From positions 1,674,001 through 1,738,000 of the forward strand of contig NC_082722.1 of assembly GCF_030144855.1 (NCBI RefSeq): 64,000 nt of DNA, in the 5' to 3' direction. Each line of letters opens with the position of its first letter. Position 1 is the stretch's first letter. Positions 1-11,904 of the stretch are shown here, in pieces. The notes beneath the pieces were generated by a model. That model saw only the letters and a list, made by a program, of their open reading frames with translations. It was not told the DNA's origin and made no database searches. The DNA comes from Hypanus sabinus. Lineage: Eukaryota. The position numbers and the translations under genes are program-made.

Positions 1-1680
1 TTACCGACCGATAACTGGTATAGGCAGTATTTACAGTCCATTCGCTCAAATCGAGATTTCTTTAATCAGAACCCCCAGGTGCTTGGGAGGCCAAGTCCAT
101 GGGTATATTTAAGGTGGAAGTTGATCTCGTCCTGATTAGCCAGGGTGTCTAAGGATATGGTGAGAAGGCAGATGTATGGGGCTCAGCGGGAGCCTGGATC
201 AGCCACAATGGAATGGCGAAGCAGACTCGATAGATTGAATAGCCTAATTCTGCTTCAATGTCTTATGGTCTTATAAGCAGCCTCATATGTGGCACCTTAT
301 AAAATGCCTTGTGAAAATCCAAGTAAATGACATCTACTGCCTTTCCTTTGTTACTTCCTCGAAGTAATCTAACAAATTCGCTTTACAGAAACTATGCTGA
401 CATTGACTTATTTTATCATTAGTCTCCAAGTACACCAAAACCTCATCCTTAACAATAGACTCCAACAATTTCCCACTCACTGAGGTTAGGCAATCTGGCC
501 TATAATTTCGTTTCTTTTGCCCTCTTCTCTTCTTGTCAATGTTAACTCCTCTGGGACCATGCCAGAATCAAGTGATTCTTGAAAGATCATGGCCAGTGCA
601 TCCATTATCTCTTCAGCAACCTCTCTCAGGACTCCGGGATGTAGTCATTCTGGTCCAGATGACTCATCCATCTTAAGACCTTTGAGTTTGTCTAGCACTT
701 CTTCCTTTGTAATAGCAATGACACCCTCTCCTGCTCCTTGACACCCATGGAACTCTGGCACCCTTCCACGGTGAAGACCAATGCAAAGTATCCATTAAGT
801 TCACCTGCCATTTCTTTGTCCCTTATTACTACCTCAACAGTGGTCCAGTATTAATTCTCAATTATAATTATATCCGAAGAGCTATATGGAAAAAGGGATG
901 TAGTCCAAGCCCAGAAAAGAAGTAAAATATCGTTTACTTGTGTTTTTTTTGTGGATGTTTTTTTCTGTGGCGGCCTAGGTTGTATCTATAACTTTCTGCT
1001 GCCTTTTCTGGACCCATGCGTTGGTATTTTCACATCATAGGACTATAAGATATCGGAGCAGAGTTAGGCCATTTGGGCCCTCGTGTCTGCTTCGCCAATC
1101 TCCTGCCTTCTCCCCGTATCACCTTGTGCTCTGACCAATCAAAAATATATCACCCTTGGCCTTTAATATATATAAAGGATTGGCCTCCATAGCCGCTTGT
1201 GGCAAATAATTCCATAAATTCACCACCCTCTGGCGAAAGAAATTCCTGCTTATCTCCGTTCGAAAAGGACGCCCTTCTATTCTGAGGCTGTCCTCTTGGT
1301 CTTAGAATCTCCCACCGTAGGAAACATCCTTTCCACATCCACTCTATCAATGCCTTTCACCATTCGCCAGGTTGCAACGAGGTCTCCCTTTATTATTCTG
1401 AATTTTATCAAACGCTCTTCATATGACAAACCTTTCAGACCTGGAATCAATTTCGTGAATCTCCTTTGATCCCCTCCGAGTTTCAGAACATCTTTTCTAA
1501 GATAAGGGGACCAAATCTCACAGTGCTCCAAAGGAACATTCAACAGTGCTTTTATAAAGTTTCAACATTGCACCCTTGCTTTCATATTCTAATCCTCTTG
1601 AAATGAATGCTAACATTGCATTTGTCTTTGTCATCTCAGATTCAACCTGCAAATTTACCTTTAGGGAATTCTGACAAGGA
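1..1680. mobile_element. Cluster of CR1 LINE fragments (+ strand 3' end to about 275; - strand ORF2 pieces about 290-850 and 1040-1680)
   Basis: - strand ORF 1277-1543 has WSPYLRKDV...QRRFTKLIPGLKGLSYEERL, the CR1 ORF2 C-terminus; the cttatggtcttat tail is at 260-273. Confidence 0.8.
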
Positions 1681-1689
1681 TACTCGGCC

Positions 1690-2330
1690 GCGATGCAACA
1701 AATTTGAATGCATGTTTAGAGGTTTGTCAACGTTTTTGATTATATGCCAAATCCGTACGTACTATGCAATCCTAGATAAATACAACTTTTTAAGGCGAAA
1801 GGGACATACATATTAAAGGAGAACTTTGAAAATAGTATGCATTCATAATATTTATCTTCTATACAAAGGCACCGACACATTTTAGTGCAATTTAGCTATG
1901 GAGAAGTAGTAAAACTATTAGGGTTTTTCCATTCGCAACAAATAATTGCTGGGTGGCCGACAGATCTCCAGTAGTTAGGACAGAAGAAGAAGCAAAAAGG
2001 AACCAGATGCAGCTTGGAGTAATTATGGATACAAATTAAGCACCGTCCAAATTAAAAAAAATATATATTAGAAGTTTGAAAGTAACCAGTGAACAATTTC
2101 AATATAACTGAAAAGAAATTTGTGCATCATTGCCGGCATCATTATTTGAAATGGCAAACGGAGGTTATTGCTAAATCGGACTGTGCTCTATTTCAATTTC
2201 TAAAACAAGTTTTATAAGGTACCAATATGTACCAAATGATTACTGGGATACCTTTAACAGCAAATACAAGACAACTGAAAGCTTTTTATGCAGCAGCATA
2301 TACAAAATGACGGTACGGTAACCAATAACT
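1690..2330 (+). mobile_element. Degraded L1/Tx1-like ORF2 3' fragment
   Basis: AT-rich sequence that by eye resembles the L1 copy at 57276-58820; no long ORF left. Confidence 0.35.
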
Positions 2331-2379
2331 AAAAAAAGATAGAGATCTTTTTCAGATGTGTGACATGCAAGGGAGATGT

Positions 2380-2760
2380 AAGCGACGCTATTAGACTGCT
2401 TGGAAGTTGTGACGTCGTATGATAATGAGAACAGATAAATTGATGGTGCACTAACTGCCTACTTTGTCTTGGTCTTCGCTATGAAGGACAGAATAAATAT
2501 ATCAGAAATTCCAGTGTGTCAACAATGCAAGGGGAAGAATTGAGTATAATAGCGTTACAAAGAAAAAGGTGCTGAGGAAGTAGGAATGTTACAAGATGGA
2601 TAAATCACCTGCCCTTATAGAATCAGCCCTGGAAATTCTAAAGATTGCTGAAGAGATTACGAACAGTTTAGTTGTAACCTTACATGAATCACTGGAGTCA
2701 GAGACAATTGCAAAATTGCCACCACTGCTCAAGGAACGAATTTTTCAGAAAACAGGAACT
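2380..2760 (+). mobile_element. Old CR1 ORF2 fragment
   Basis: MDKSPALIES...LKIAEEITNSLVVTLHESLES resembles CR1 DKSPGPD...LKE..EEI...LV.IF..SL. Confidence 0.7.
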
Positions 2761-4130
2761 TATAGTCCACTTAGCCCTGAACGTTTTACACGCCTGACCT
2801 TGTAAATGTTCTGAATCATGGGGAGTTCACAACTACAGATGCGCTGGACTGTCTGCGCCACTCTCTTCAGAGTCCTGCGATTAATGGAGGTAGTGTTCCC
2901 ATTCCAGGTAGTGATGCAGCCAGTAAGGATGCTCTGAATTGTGCCCCTGTAGGAAGTTCTCAGGATCTGGGGGCCCATACCAAACTTCTGAAACTGTCTA
3001 AGGTGGAAGGGGCGCTGTTGTGCAGTTTTTACCACACAGCTAGTGTTTACAGACTATGTGAGGTTCCTGGTGCTATTAATGCCGAGGAACTTAAAGCTGT
3101 TTTCCTTCATCACCTTAGATCCATTGATATCAATAGGGGTTAGCCCGTCTCCATTCCTCCTGTAATCCACAACCAGCTCCTCTGTTTTTGCGATATTGAG
3201 GAAGAAGTGGTTTTCTTCACACTGTGTAAGAGAAATAACTTCTTCCCCGTAGGCCAGCTCGTTATTGTTTGAGATAAGGCCAGCCAATGCAGTGTCATCG
3301 CAAATTTAATTAGCACATTACAGCCGTGGGTGGCTACACAGTCATGGGTGTACAGGAAGGAAAGGAGGGGACTTAGTACACAGCCCTGAGGGGCTCCAGT
3401 ATTGAGAGTTAGAGGGGTGGAGGTGAGGGAGCCCACGCTTACCACCAGCCGGCGATTTGACAGGAAGTCCAGGATCCAGCTGCACAAGGCAGGTTCACTG
3501 GCGAGGTCTTTGAGCTTCTTGTCGAGCCAAGATGGGACGATGGTGTTGAATGCTGAACTGTAGTCCAAGAACAGCTTTCTCACATAAGCATTCTTCTTCT
3601 CCAGATGTGTAAGGATGGTGTGTAGAGCAGGGGCTATTTTGTCTTCTGACGATCAGTTGTGTTGGTAGGAGAATCGCACGGTGTCCAGTTTAGGTGGTAG
3701 CAAGCTGCAGATGTAGTCCTTGACCAGCCTTTCAAAGCATTTGCTTATTATTGAGGTGAGTGCGACAGGTATGTTACCTTGGTCTTTTTTGGTACAGGGC
3801 CAAGAGCGGATGATTTAAAGCAGGAGGATACTCTACATTGGAAGAGGGAGAGATTAAAAATACGAGTAAACACATCTGCCGCATGTGCTGTGCATATTCT
3901 AAGTACTCGCCCTGAGATGCCGTCCGGTCCCGCAGTCTTGCGACTGTCCACTCGTTGGAAACTTCAACGTACCTCAGCCTCAGAGATGACCAGGTTGCAG
4001 GTTGCAGCAGTGGCTTTCCTCGGAGGCTCAGAGTTAGCGACATTGAAATGAGCATAAAAACGACTGAATTCATTGGGAGGAGAGGCCGCGATGTTAACAG
4101 CACCACCAGATTTGTCTTTGAGGTCTGCGA
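2760..4130 (-). mobile_element. Rex1/Babar-type non-LTR retrotransposon RT fragment (frameshifted)
   Basis: - strand ORFs: RKTAGPDGISGRVL, LFLDYSSAFNTIVP, LNTGAPQGCVLSPLL...THDCVA...LIKFA, KTEELVVDYRR, QSILTGCITTW. Confidence 0.9.
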
Positions 4131-4429
4131 TGTTATGTAGCCCTTGCCACATGTCAGGTGTGTTATTCGTTGTGAATCTTGCCTCAGTCTTGTCCCGCTA
4201 TTGTTGTTTCAGCTTTGAGAGCTTTGCACAAATCATAGCTGCTTTTCTTGAGCTCGAGCTGATTGCCGGCGATGAAACCTCTTGCATTCCCACCCAAGCT
4301 AATTGGAAAATGCTACTTGGATTCACGATATCTATACCCCTTGTAATTTTGTACAGCTCTGTCAAATATCCTTTCATTATTACGTTACTAACCTATTCAA
4401 ACTTTCCAGATAACTGAGGTCCTGCAGAT

Positions 4430-5030
4430 CAGGCAACTTCCTTGAAATTTTCTTTCCTGTACTCTTTCAAACATATTTACAGCTTTAGCCGGTGACTAAA
4501 ACCATGCACAATACTCTAAATTAGGCCTCAGCAACGTCATGTACAACTTCAGCATAACGTTCCACCTCCTGTACTCATCACTTTGAAGGCCAATGTGCCA
4601 AAATCTTTCTTTGTGACCTTATCAACCTGTGATGTCCTACCGCACTCCTTAGTGCCCTCCCATTCACTGTGTAAGACCTATTCTAGTTGACCCTACCGAA
4701 AGGTAACATCTTGCACTTGCATGCATTCAATTCCATCTGCCATTTATCAGCTCATTTCTCAAGCTGTTCCAAATCCTTCTCTAAACAACGATAACGACCA
4801 CTGCACCCCTTACCTTGGTGTCATCCGCAAACTTACTGATCACGTTAATTGCATTATCACCCAGATTGTTGATATAGATGACAAACAAACAATGATAAAA
4901 ACACCGATCTCTGAAGCATTCCACAAGTCACAGGACTCAAGTTTGAAAGGCAGTCATCTACTATCACTCTCTAACTACTGCCACAAAGCCATTGTGAGAT
5001 CCAATTTACTACCTCACCTTGAATGCTGAG
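4430..5030 (-). mobile_element. Degraded CR1 ORF2 3' fragment
   Basis: Nucleotide similarity to the other - strand CR1 copies in the window (RT to 3' end). Confidence 0.55.
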
Positions 5031-5899
5031 CGACTGCATCTTCTAGAGCAACCTCGCATGCAGGGCCTTATCAGACATCTTGCTAAATCATGAAGTTTCG
5101 GGATTACATGCATATATATGAAAACAATGAATCGGAACATGGACACATTTATTAAGTGAAGATCAAAATTAACATATCTTTTATAATTCATTGTGAGCTA
5201 ACAACAAGTTAGACAAAGGAAAGTTGGAGTAGGTAATTATGATTATAAACTAAGTCGAGATAAAAAATAAAAAAAAATAAAATACTCATTGGGAATGCGG
5301 AAATGTAACAGTGAGCAATCTGTAAATAATCTAAGGGAGGTTTGTGCCAAATCAACCACGTAATTATATGAGGTGGCAATTAAGTTTCAGAGAGAAATGT
5401 GAGTTTCAGAGAGAAATGTGATTCTTTACTGCATTTTGATTCCTCAATCACACTTCTTTAGTTATCAATGCGGTTCAGAATTAATGGAAAGTCAAAAGCA
5501 TTGGTGTATTTTAAAATCCAGCTGTGGATGGTTGAAAAAAAAGCTTTCAGAGAGGAGAAAATGAAATAGCCCAGAATAAAAATAAAACAATGTGGAAATT
5601 CATTTTTTCTAGATATGCAAATGATAAGAGATAGGCTTGATTAGTATGGAGGCCTTTAAAAATGTCCCAGAGGAGGCAGCCTAACAAGACAAGAACCCAT
5701 AACATTAGAAGCAAGGTACCAGTATTCTCAGAGGATTCGCTGATTGACGGACGTCAGAGTGTAGGGAAAAATAATCATTTTGACGATATCTGCCAGTGAG
5801 CAGTGGTCCACGGCTATCTGTGCTAATACCACAGATGTTCACTTTGTACATTGATGGTTTTGTTCAGAACTGATGAAACTAGAGACGACTTTGCAGAAG

Positions 5900-6900
5900 A
5901 AAGTAAGATAAGAGCAGAAACAGGTTGTGCCGTGAACGGACTTGGCCAGGTTGCAGACGGAATTGGCCCGATTTCAAGGGTGAAAGAAGAATTGGCAGAA
6001 GGAATATAGTTGAGAGAATTGTGGTGATATGGATTTTTGTAGGAAGAATAAAGGTGTAGATCATTTCCTAAATGAAATGAGAAATGCAACAGGACCTTGA
6101 AGTCTGAAGTCAGGATTTTCCCACATGAACTGGGTTGACAGTTATGAGGGCAAATGTAATGTTGCATCAGTTTTGTGAGTACTATAATATAAAAGCATGG
6201 ATGAACTTTGTGCCTTAAAAACGTTGCTCCAAACATATTTGGAATATTCTGCACAATTTCGGGCTCTGTATCCAGGAAAGATGTGCTGGCGTCGGAGAGT
6301 GCCCAGAGGACATTTAAAAGAATGACCCAGGTACTGAATGGAACTGAAATATATGAGTGTGTGAAGTCTTTGCCCTGTACTTCATCTAGTCCTGGAGAAT
6401 AAGGGGAATCTCATTGAAACCTACCGGTTACTGAAAGGCCTTGGTAGATTCGATGTTTTATTTGCAGGAGAGCCGAGGATACGAGGCCACAAACTCAAAA
6501 TAAATGAACTCCCCTGTCGAAGTGAAATGAGGAGCATTACTCTCAGGCAACACATGCAAAATGCTGGAGGAACTCAACAGCCCAGGCAGCATCCTTAAGC
6601 ATTTTGTGTGTGTTACTCGGATTTCCAGCATCTGCAGATTTTCTGTTGTTTGCGATAAGATTATTTTTAGCCAGATGGTGGCTAATCCATGGAATGCATT
6701 GTTCCAGGGGGCTGTGGAAGACAAAACATTGTATGCATTTAAGGGATGCAGTATATTGACTGGTTTTGATTGGGAAAGGAGTTCAGGATTTCAAACAGAG
6801 GGCGGGACAACGGGGTGGAAAACTCTGCCATGATTATAATGATTAAATGGCAGAGCAGTCGATGGGCTCAATAATATATTTCTCCTTCGATGCGTAATGG
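5900..6900 (+). mobile_element. Degraded, internally deleted CR1 (endonuclease remnant and 3' end)
   Basis: Remnants such as GFSHMNW (GDFNFPHIDW-like), aggaaagatgtgctggc, and a CR1-type 3' region to about 6900. Confidence 0.6.
6545..6654 (-). repeat. Palindromic short element, copy A (internally deleted)
   Basis: aacacatgcaaaatgctggaggaactcaacag...agcattttgtgtgtgtt arms plus the ccagcatctgcagatttt extension shared with copy B in reverse orientation. Confidence 0.8.
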
Positions 6901-7989
6901 TCTTGTAGTTCCAAGTAAACACAGAGTTGCCATAATTAAATGAATTACATGCTAACAGATTGCATTTTAATTCTATGTTTACAATAAAAGCAGAGTATAT
7001 CTAGAGAGAGTTCTCTAAAAATAGATGCCATCTTTAGGCTTGTTGTTAGCAGATATGATACCAAATATTGATATGATACCAAACAATAATACCAATGGCT
7101 AACTCAATGTAGTGGAGTTGATGAATTGGCAGATTAGAAGATAATATGTCAGAAAATTTCTTCAGAACTTTTGTTACACAAGGACTGAAGTAAATAATTT
7201 AGTACTGGATTAAATTTGTCTGTAAAATCATAAGAGCAAAAAAAAAATAAACCAAAAATGATTTAAATTCTGGGCAGAACAGGAAGCATCTGTAGAGAGA
7301 TTCAAAGGTAGCATTATAACAATTATAACTAGAAGACAGTGTTGTACTCTACATATTTCAGGCCGGTACTCTTGAGCAAAGGTGGCTTTGCATTGGAGGA
7401 GTTGCCAAAAATGAGCTTACAGCTTTGTTGAATAAACATTATCCATCGGACTTGTAGCTGATCGCTCTGTAGGTGTGAAACTGAGCGGAGGGGGTATGGC
7501 AAAAAAGATTTTGATCCCTGTGCGTGGATAATTTTATGTCTGAATAACCATGTTTTAGATTACACTGATAGCAATTTTTATTGGAAGTGCTGCATTCCCA
7601 GAATTATTTTTATTATACCGTTTAAAGGTGAACACAAATACATCAAACTAATTTCATCACTGCATTTTGGAGAAACAATAAATTATGTTTTAATGAATAT
7701 ATTGCATTTAATTGCATAACGGTGCTGACGCTTTGCAGTAGTTCAACGAAGCTAAAAATGCTTTGTTGATGACATTCGCTTGTACTCAGTATCTGAGGCT
7801 TCCGGCTTAAGTGTCTAATCATTATCAGCCAGCATTTCTTCAAGACGGCAGTGCGACGCATTTTGCAGCGCCTCTCCTGAGTTGAAATGTGTTATCAGTC
7901 ATGCGGCGTGCCATGCACAATCTTAATATGATGAAAAGCAGACGTGGGAGCACAGAGGAACATCTAGAAATCTCCAGGAAGGCCTTCTT

Positions 7990-8536
7990 CGTTGCTACTG
8001 TTGTTGTGAGGTCCGGGTCTCTGCTGGGAAGAACAGGCCCCCAGTCCTCGGGATCGCGTTGCCGGTGGTCAGTGGCGGGGGCATCGTAGTGCGCTTGACA
8101 GAGGTTGGTGCTCAGAGAGGCGGTGCCGGAGGGGGTCGTTGGAGGCTCGGGGTTTCGACGGACTCAGAGTCCGCTGTGGTCGGGGCGCTTTCACTGCGTG
8201 CTGCGTCGGCGAGGCTGAGTCCGGTGGCGCCGTGGAAGTCCACAGCGGGGGTATCCCCTTCCGCCGCCGGCGTGGGATGACGTCTGTTGGGACCCTGAAG
8301 ACCCGTGGAAACTGTGTGGTGGTTTCTTTTGAACTTATAGTCTTTTAACATCTTTGGACTATTTTTACTGTGCCCATGGTCTGGACTCTGTATTTGGGGA
8401 TTGCCAAACGGTAGGTGGAGTTTCTGGTGTAGTCGGTTTTGTCGTGTGCTTTTGTGATATCATTCTGGAGGAAAATTGTTTCATTTTTTAACTGTATTGC
8501 AGTTGTGGTTTCTAAATGACAATAAACCGAGATTCA
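7990..8536 (+). mobile_element. GC-rich non-autonomous retroelement with Rex1-like 3' tail
   Basis: GC-rich body. Its 3' end (ttgtttcattttttaactg...aaatgacaataaa) resembles the tail of the Rex1-type copy at 39880-39963. Confidence 0.5.
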
Positions 8537-9850
8537 GTTTCCAATACTGATTGCTGGATTCCAGTTCCCTGATACCGTTTCTCCACGACGCCAACGACTC
8601 AGTGAAAACTTTTTATTATGCTTGGCGCTGGCAGCACCAAAATTTGCAAGGAAGAACCCTAAATGTGAATGCAGACAATGAATCTTTAGTGGCATGTTGT
8701 ACTTCCTTGTTTTGTATTCTTGATGCATGCTCTCAACTAGTTGAACGTAATTTGATGTTCTGTAGTTACCAAGAAAAAATGAACAACATCATGAATATCA
8801 GGTATGCGATTCTCTCCGGTCCTGCTAGAAGTTCTTGGAATTTCCTGCCATGTATGTTCGCTCTGTCGACCAACAAAAATGCATTCCTTAATTTGGCATC
8901 TGTTAATCTGGGAAACATCCTAAGTTTTGAACCCAGCAAATTCTGCTTTGATTTTGACTAACTCAGGTCTCTGACCAGATCAGTTAACTCAGATTGAGTT
9001 ATCCCATGAGGCTCACTCAACATAAAGGGTTAAAATCTGTGTCAGTATCAGTGTAATTTTCCATTCCTGGCTCGTGCATCATGGCATCTTCATTTGCCTC
9101 CTCTGGACTCCATGAGTCTTTGGTACTGGAAGACTATCGTCATGCGGCACAGATCTTGTTGCTGAAATTAGATGGAGGTATTCAATGGATGTCTTGCTTT
9201 CAGCAGAGAAGCCAGACACACGAGTCAGACAGAAGTCGCAGTTTGTCACATGATTCATCTGCTTTCTGCATCTCATCGGGACAGCGAATGGCGCTGCCTT
9301 CCAAGCAATCAGCTGTGAAATCAACTGCGCATTTTGTGCAACAAACATAAGAGGCACAGGTTTCTTCTTGGTCGCCGACAGTACACCCCAAGTAGAGCTC
9401 ATAGACTTTTGTATTAAGTGGAGTCATGCTCCGTCTTTGAGATTTAAGCGAATAATCGCCTCAAATCTAACAGAACGTATTGCGGCTGTCCCAACACTGC
9501 TGAGACATTTTGCTATCGCACATATTCCTGAAAATACAAGTACTTTATTATAATGTGCACACACAATGTGCTTTGCGTGTAAAGCACGCACAACAACCGA
9601 TTTACAGGTAAACGCAATGCATAGCACAATGTGTGCGAGATACTTTGATAGCCTTTCAAAAATCTGTCCTGCTGTGCAGCACCGGCCTTGCCTGCACATG
9701 CGCTGATAGAGCACTTTCTGCTACATTGCGGGCAACGTTGCAATTGACGTGAACTAGGAACTGAACTGACAAATATAGGCAATTTGAAAATGGTGGATGA
9801 TAGAGCGATTTTTATGAATAGCAGAACAAAATCCATAAGATACACCCTAA
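8537..9850 (-). mobile_element. Chapaev (Chapaev3-like, CMC) DNA transposon remnant with broken transposase
   Basis: - strand frames give YELYLGCTVGDQ...YVCCTKC, PFAVPMRCRKQMNHVTNCDFCLT, SATRSVPHDDSLPVPK (N-terminal Zn-binding region) and KYNMPLKIHCLHSHLGFFLANFGA (C-terminal core). The superfamily call is from recalled motifs; TIRs were not identified. Confidence 0.65.
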
Positions 9851-9889
9851 AGTGTTGAGGAAGCAAAGCCTTCTTTTGTCTATTGTTAT

Positions 9890-10520
9890 TCGGCGGTTTG
9901 GCGGGCTCCTGGATTAGCTGTGATTGGCTTCATAATTTTGGAATAATCTTCAGTTCTGAGCATTGTTTGCTTACTTTTATTATTTGCATGATTTGTTTTA
10001 TTTTTTTTACGCATTGGCTATTTGACAGTATTCCTCTTAAATATGTTCTATTGAGTTTCCTTGTTTGTTGGCTACCTGTAAGGAGACGCTCTTAAGGCTC
10101 CATATTGTACATATTATTTTATAAAGACTGTACTTTGAATTTTAAGTCAGATATGTTTTTAAATGCGTTCTATTGAGTTCCTTGTTTGCTGCCTGTCTGC
10201 AAGGAGATGATCTGAAGGCTATATTCGTTGAGAGTAACTGTACTTTGAACTTTTCGTTAAATAGGTTTGTCCTGCTTCGAGTATTAGTGGAGGTAGATCA
10301 CGGTGCAAGAGGAGAGAAATGAAGGTAAAATTCAGCAACTGTAAGATGTCGAAGTTCACAAGTCGGATGGCGGCCGTGGAGAGATATATGAACACGAATC
10401 TACTTATACGACAGTTGAACCGTTCCTCAGCGCATGGATTCCTTATGGGATGGCCTCTTGCCCTCACAATCTTCCTCATAATGGCCTTGTTCGTTATTGC
10501 CTGCCTGTTATAATGGCATG
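9890..10520. mobile_element. Tandem LINE 3' tails (about 10040-10145 and 10165-10255, +) and a Rex1-like C-terminal remnant (10290-10520, -)
   Basis: Two similar units ending in ctgtactttgaa; - strand GHP...STAAIRLVN resembles the Rex1-type C-terminal HP...AIRLYN. Confidence 0.5.
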
Positions 10521-11003
10521 CAAAATAAAGATTTTCATCTTACCTCAGCGCAGGTGAGAAATGAAAGAGAAGAGTGCTCATCGGAAATTGCTGATTTGTT
10601 ATGCCTTTGTTTGTTATCTTTATTTATATTTCCAGTATATACACAGTCTGTTCTATTTTCGACTGCTGTATCAAAGTTACCGTCTCCATCACGGTCATTG
10701 TTAGATCATGTAGAGATTATACAATGATTACCCAATGATATATAATGTTGCCATACACTTCGAATTAGAAGCGGCATAGCCATACTTTACACTAACGATG
10801 CCACTTTAAAGTTACGAAATACTGCACAGAATCACAGTAGTTGACCAACTTGGAGAAACCACATTTAATAGCAGAATTACACTTATTTCTGTTCTTGCAT
10901 TGGTTATAAAAGAGACATTGATGTTCATCTTCAAAAAGAAGGGCCTTCAGTTGGATCTGATAACACCGCTGACTGTCACGCTTCTGTTGCTTTCATAGGA
11001 AGG

Positions 11004-11370
11004 CAGGAAGTAGTTTATTTCCGTAGTGACCATTACGAAATGGAACCATTTTTACAAAACATGTGGTTATTAGCTGCAGTTAGTGTAGATGGTCATTGAA
11101 TAACTATGAAAAAGATAACACAAGACGCATCTCAATTGAAAAAAAAAAGCAATGGAACCGATCCAAAGACATATTTTGCGGTGGGAAGTCAATGGATGAT
11201 AATTCGGTAAATGTCTCATTCCCCCACTCCCCATCTGTATCCTGTGCCTTCCGACTGTTTCCTCTTCTTCGGTTCTCCGAGGTGAATTCGACTAAAGGCT
11301 GATCTAACACTCCCACTGCTTGATTGACTCTTAATTCTGTGAAACACTTCGATTTATTATTTTCAGTTTC
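11004..11370 (+). promoter_or_regulatory. Candidate upstream immune promoter motifs: ETS site CAGGAAGT (11004-11011) and ISRE/IRF-like TTTCAGTTTC (11361-11370)
   Basis: Motif matches only, about 0.5-0.85 kb upstream of the ATG. The transcription start site is unknown and short motifs occur by chance. Confidence 0.3.
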
Positions 11371-11858
11371 TGAAAAAGGCCTGCAGGAAATATCAAACTG
11401 AAGCTCTGATCGATGTCTTCTTTCTAGTCAAGATAGTATTTTAGATTGCCCCATTCTTGTCAACGACGTCTAAGTCCAAGTACTCTGCCCATCTGCTAAG
11501 AACGCTATGTTATCATTTCATCTTTACTTCAAAGAAGCACAACTCGACGCAGCTAAATGCGGCTAACCAATTGTAGGAACTTCCTTATGATTTATAACCC
11601 CACCCTCATTCATTATAAACCCTCCGTAAACGTACTCGAGTTAAAAATACTCTATTTATTGGAAAATTCCGTTTTAAGGTATGTGCATTAAGGTTACAGT
11701 CGTTCGAATTAATAATTGCGTAATTACTGCAAATCCAGTCGTATACTCGACAAAAAAAAAAATCATCTGATTGCGTCATCATTTGCGAACTTAAATGAGA
11801 TCATATTTAAATCAATTTCCAGCGGATAAAATGACGGTTGTCAGTTACATTTCTAAAC

Positions 11859-11904
11859 ATGCTCGCATCTTCATGGTTTTTGGTCGTTGAGCTTCTTTGT
11901 TCTG
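11859..11904 (+). CDS. Exon 1: signal peptide [15 protein letters not shown]
   Basis: aaacATG start, hydrophobic core, phase-1 donor TCTG|gtacgt. Joins the V exon to give ...[14 protein letters not shown], an A-X-A signal peptidase site. Confidence 0.82.

Noticed and set aside
5385-5421. 19-bp tandem duplication (also a similar one at 7051-7084)
   Set aside because: Ordinary slippage duplications with no spacer structure; not a CRISPR array.
5823-6254. 143-aa - strand ORF
   Set aside because: Antisense to decayed CR1 sequence; no recognisable domain.
10319-10513. 65-codon + strand ORF with a hydrophobic C-terminus (possible small membrane protein)
   Set aside because: The opposite strand reads as a Rex1-type LINE C-terminal remnant (GHP...AAIRLVN); no splice or homology support.
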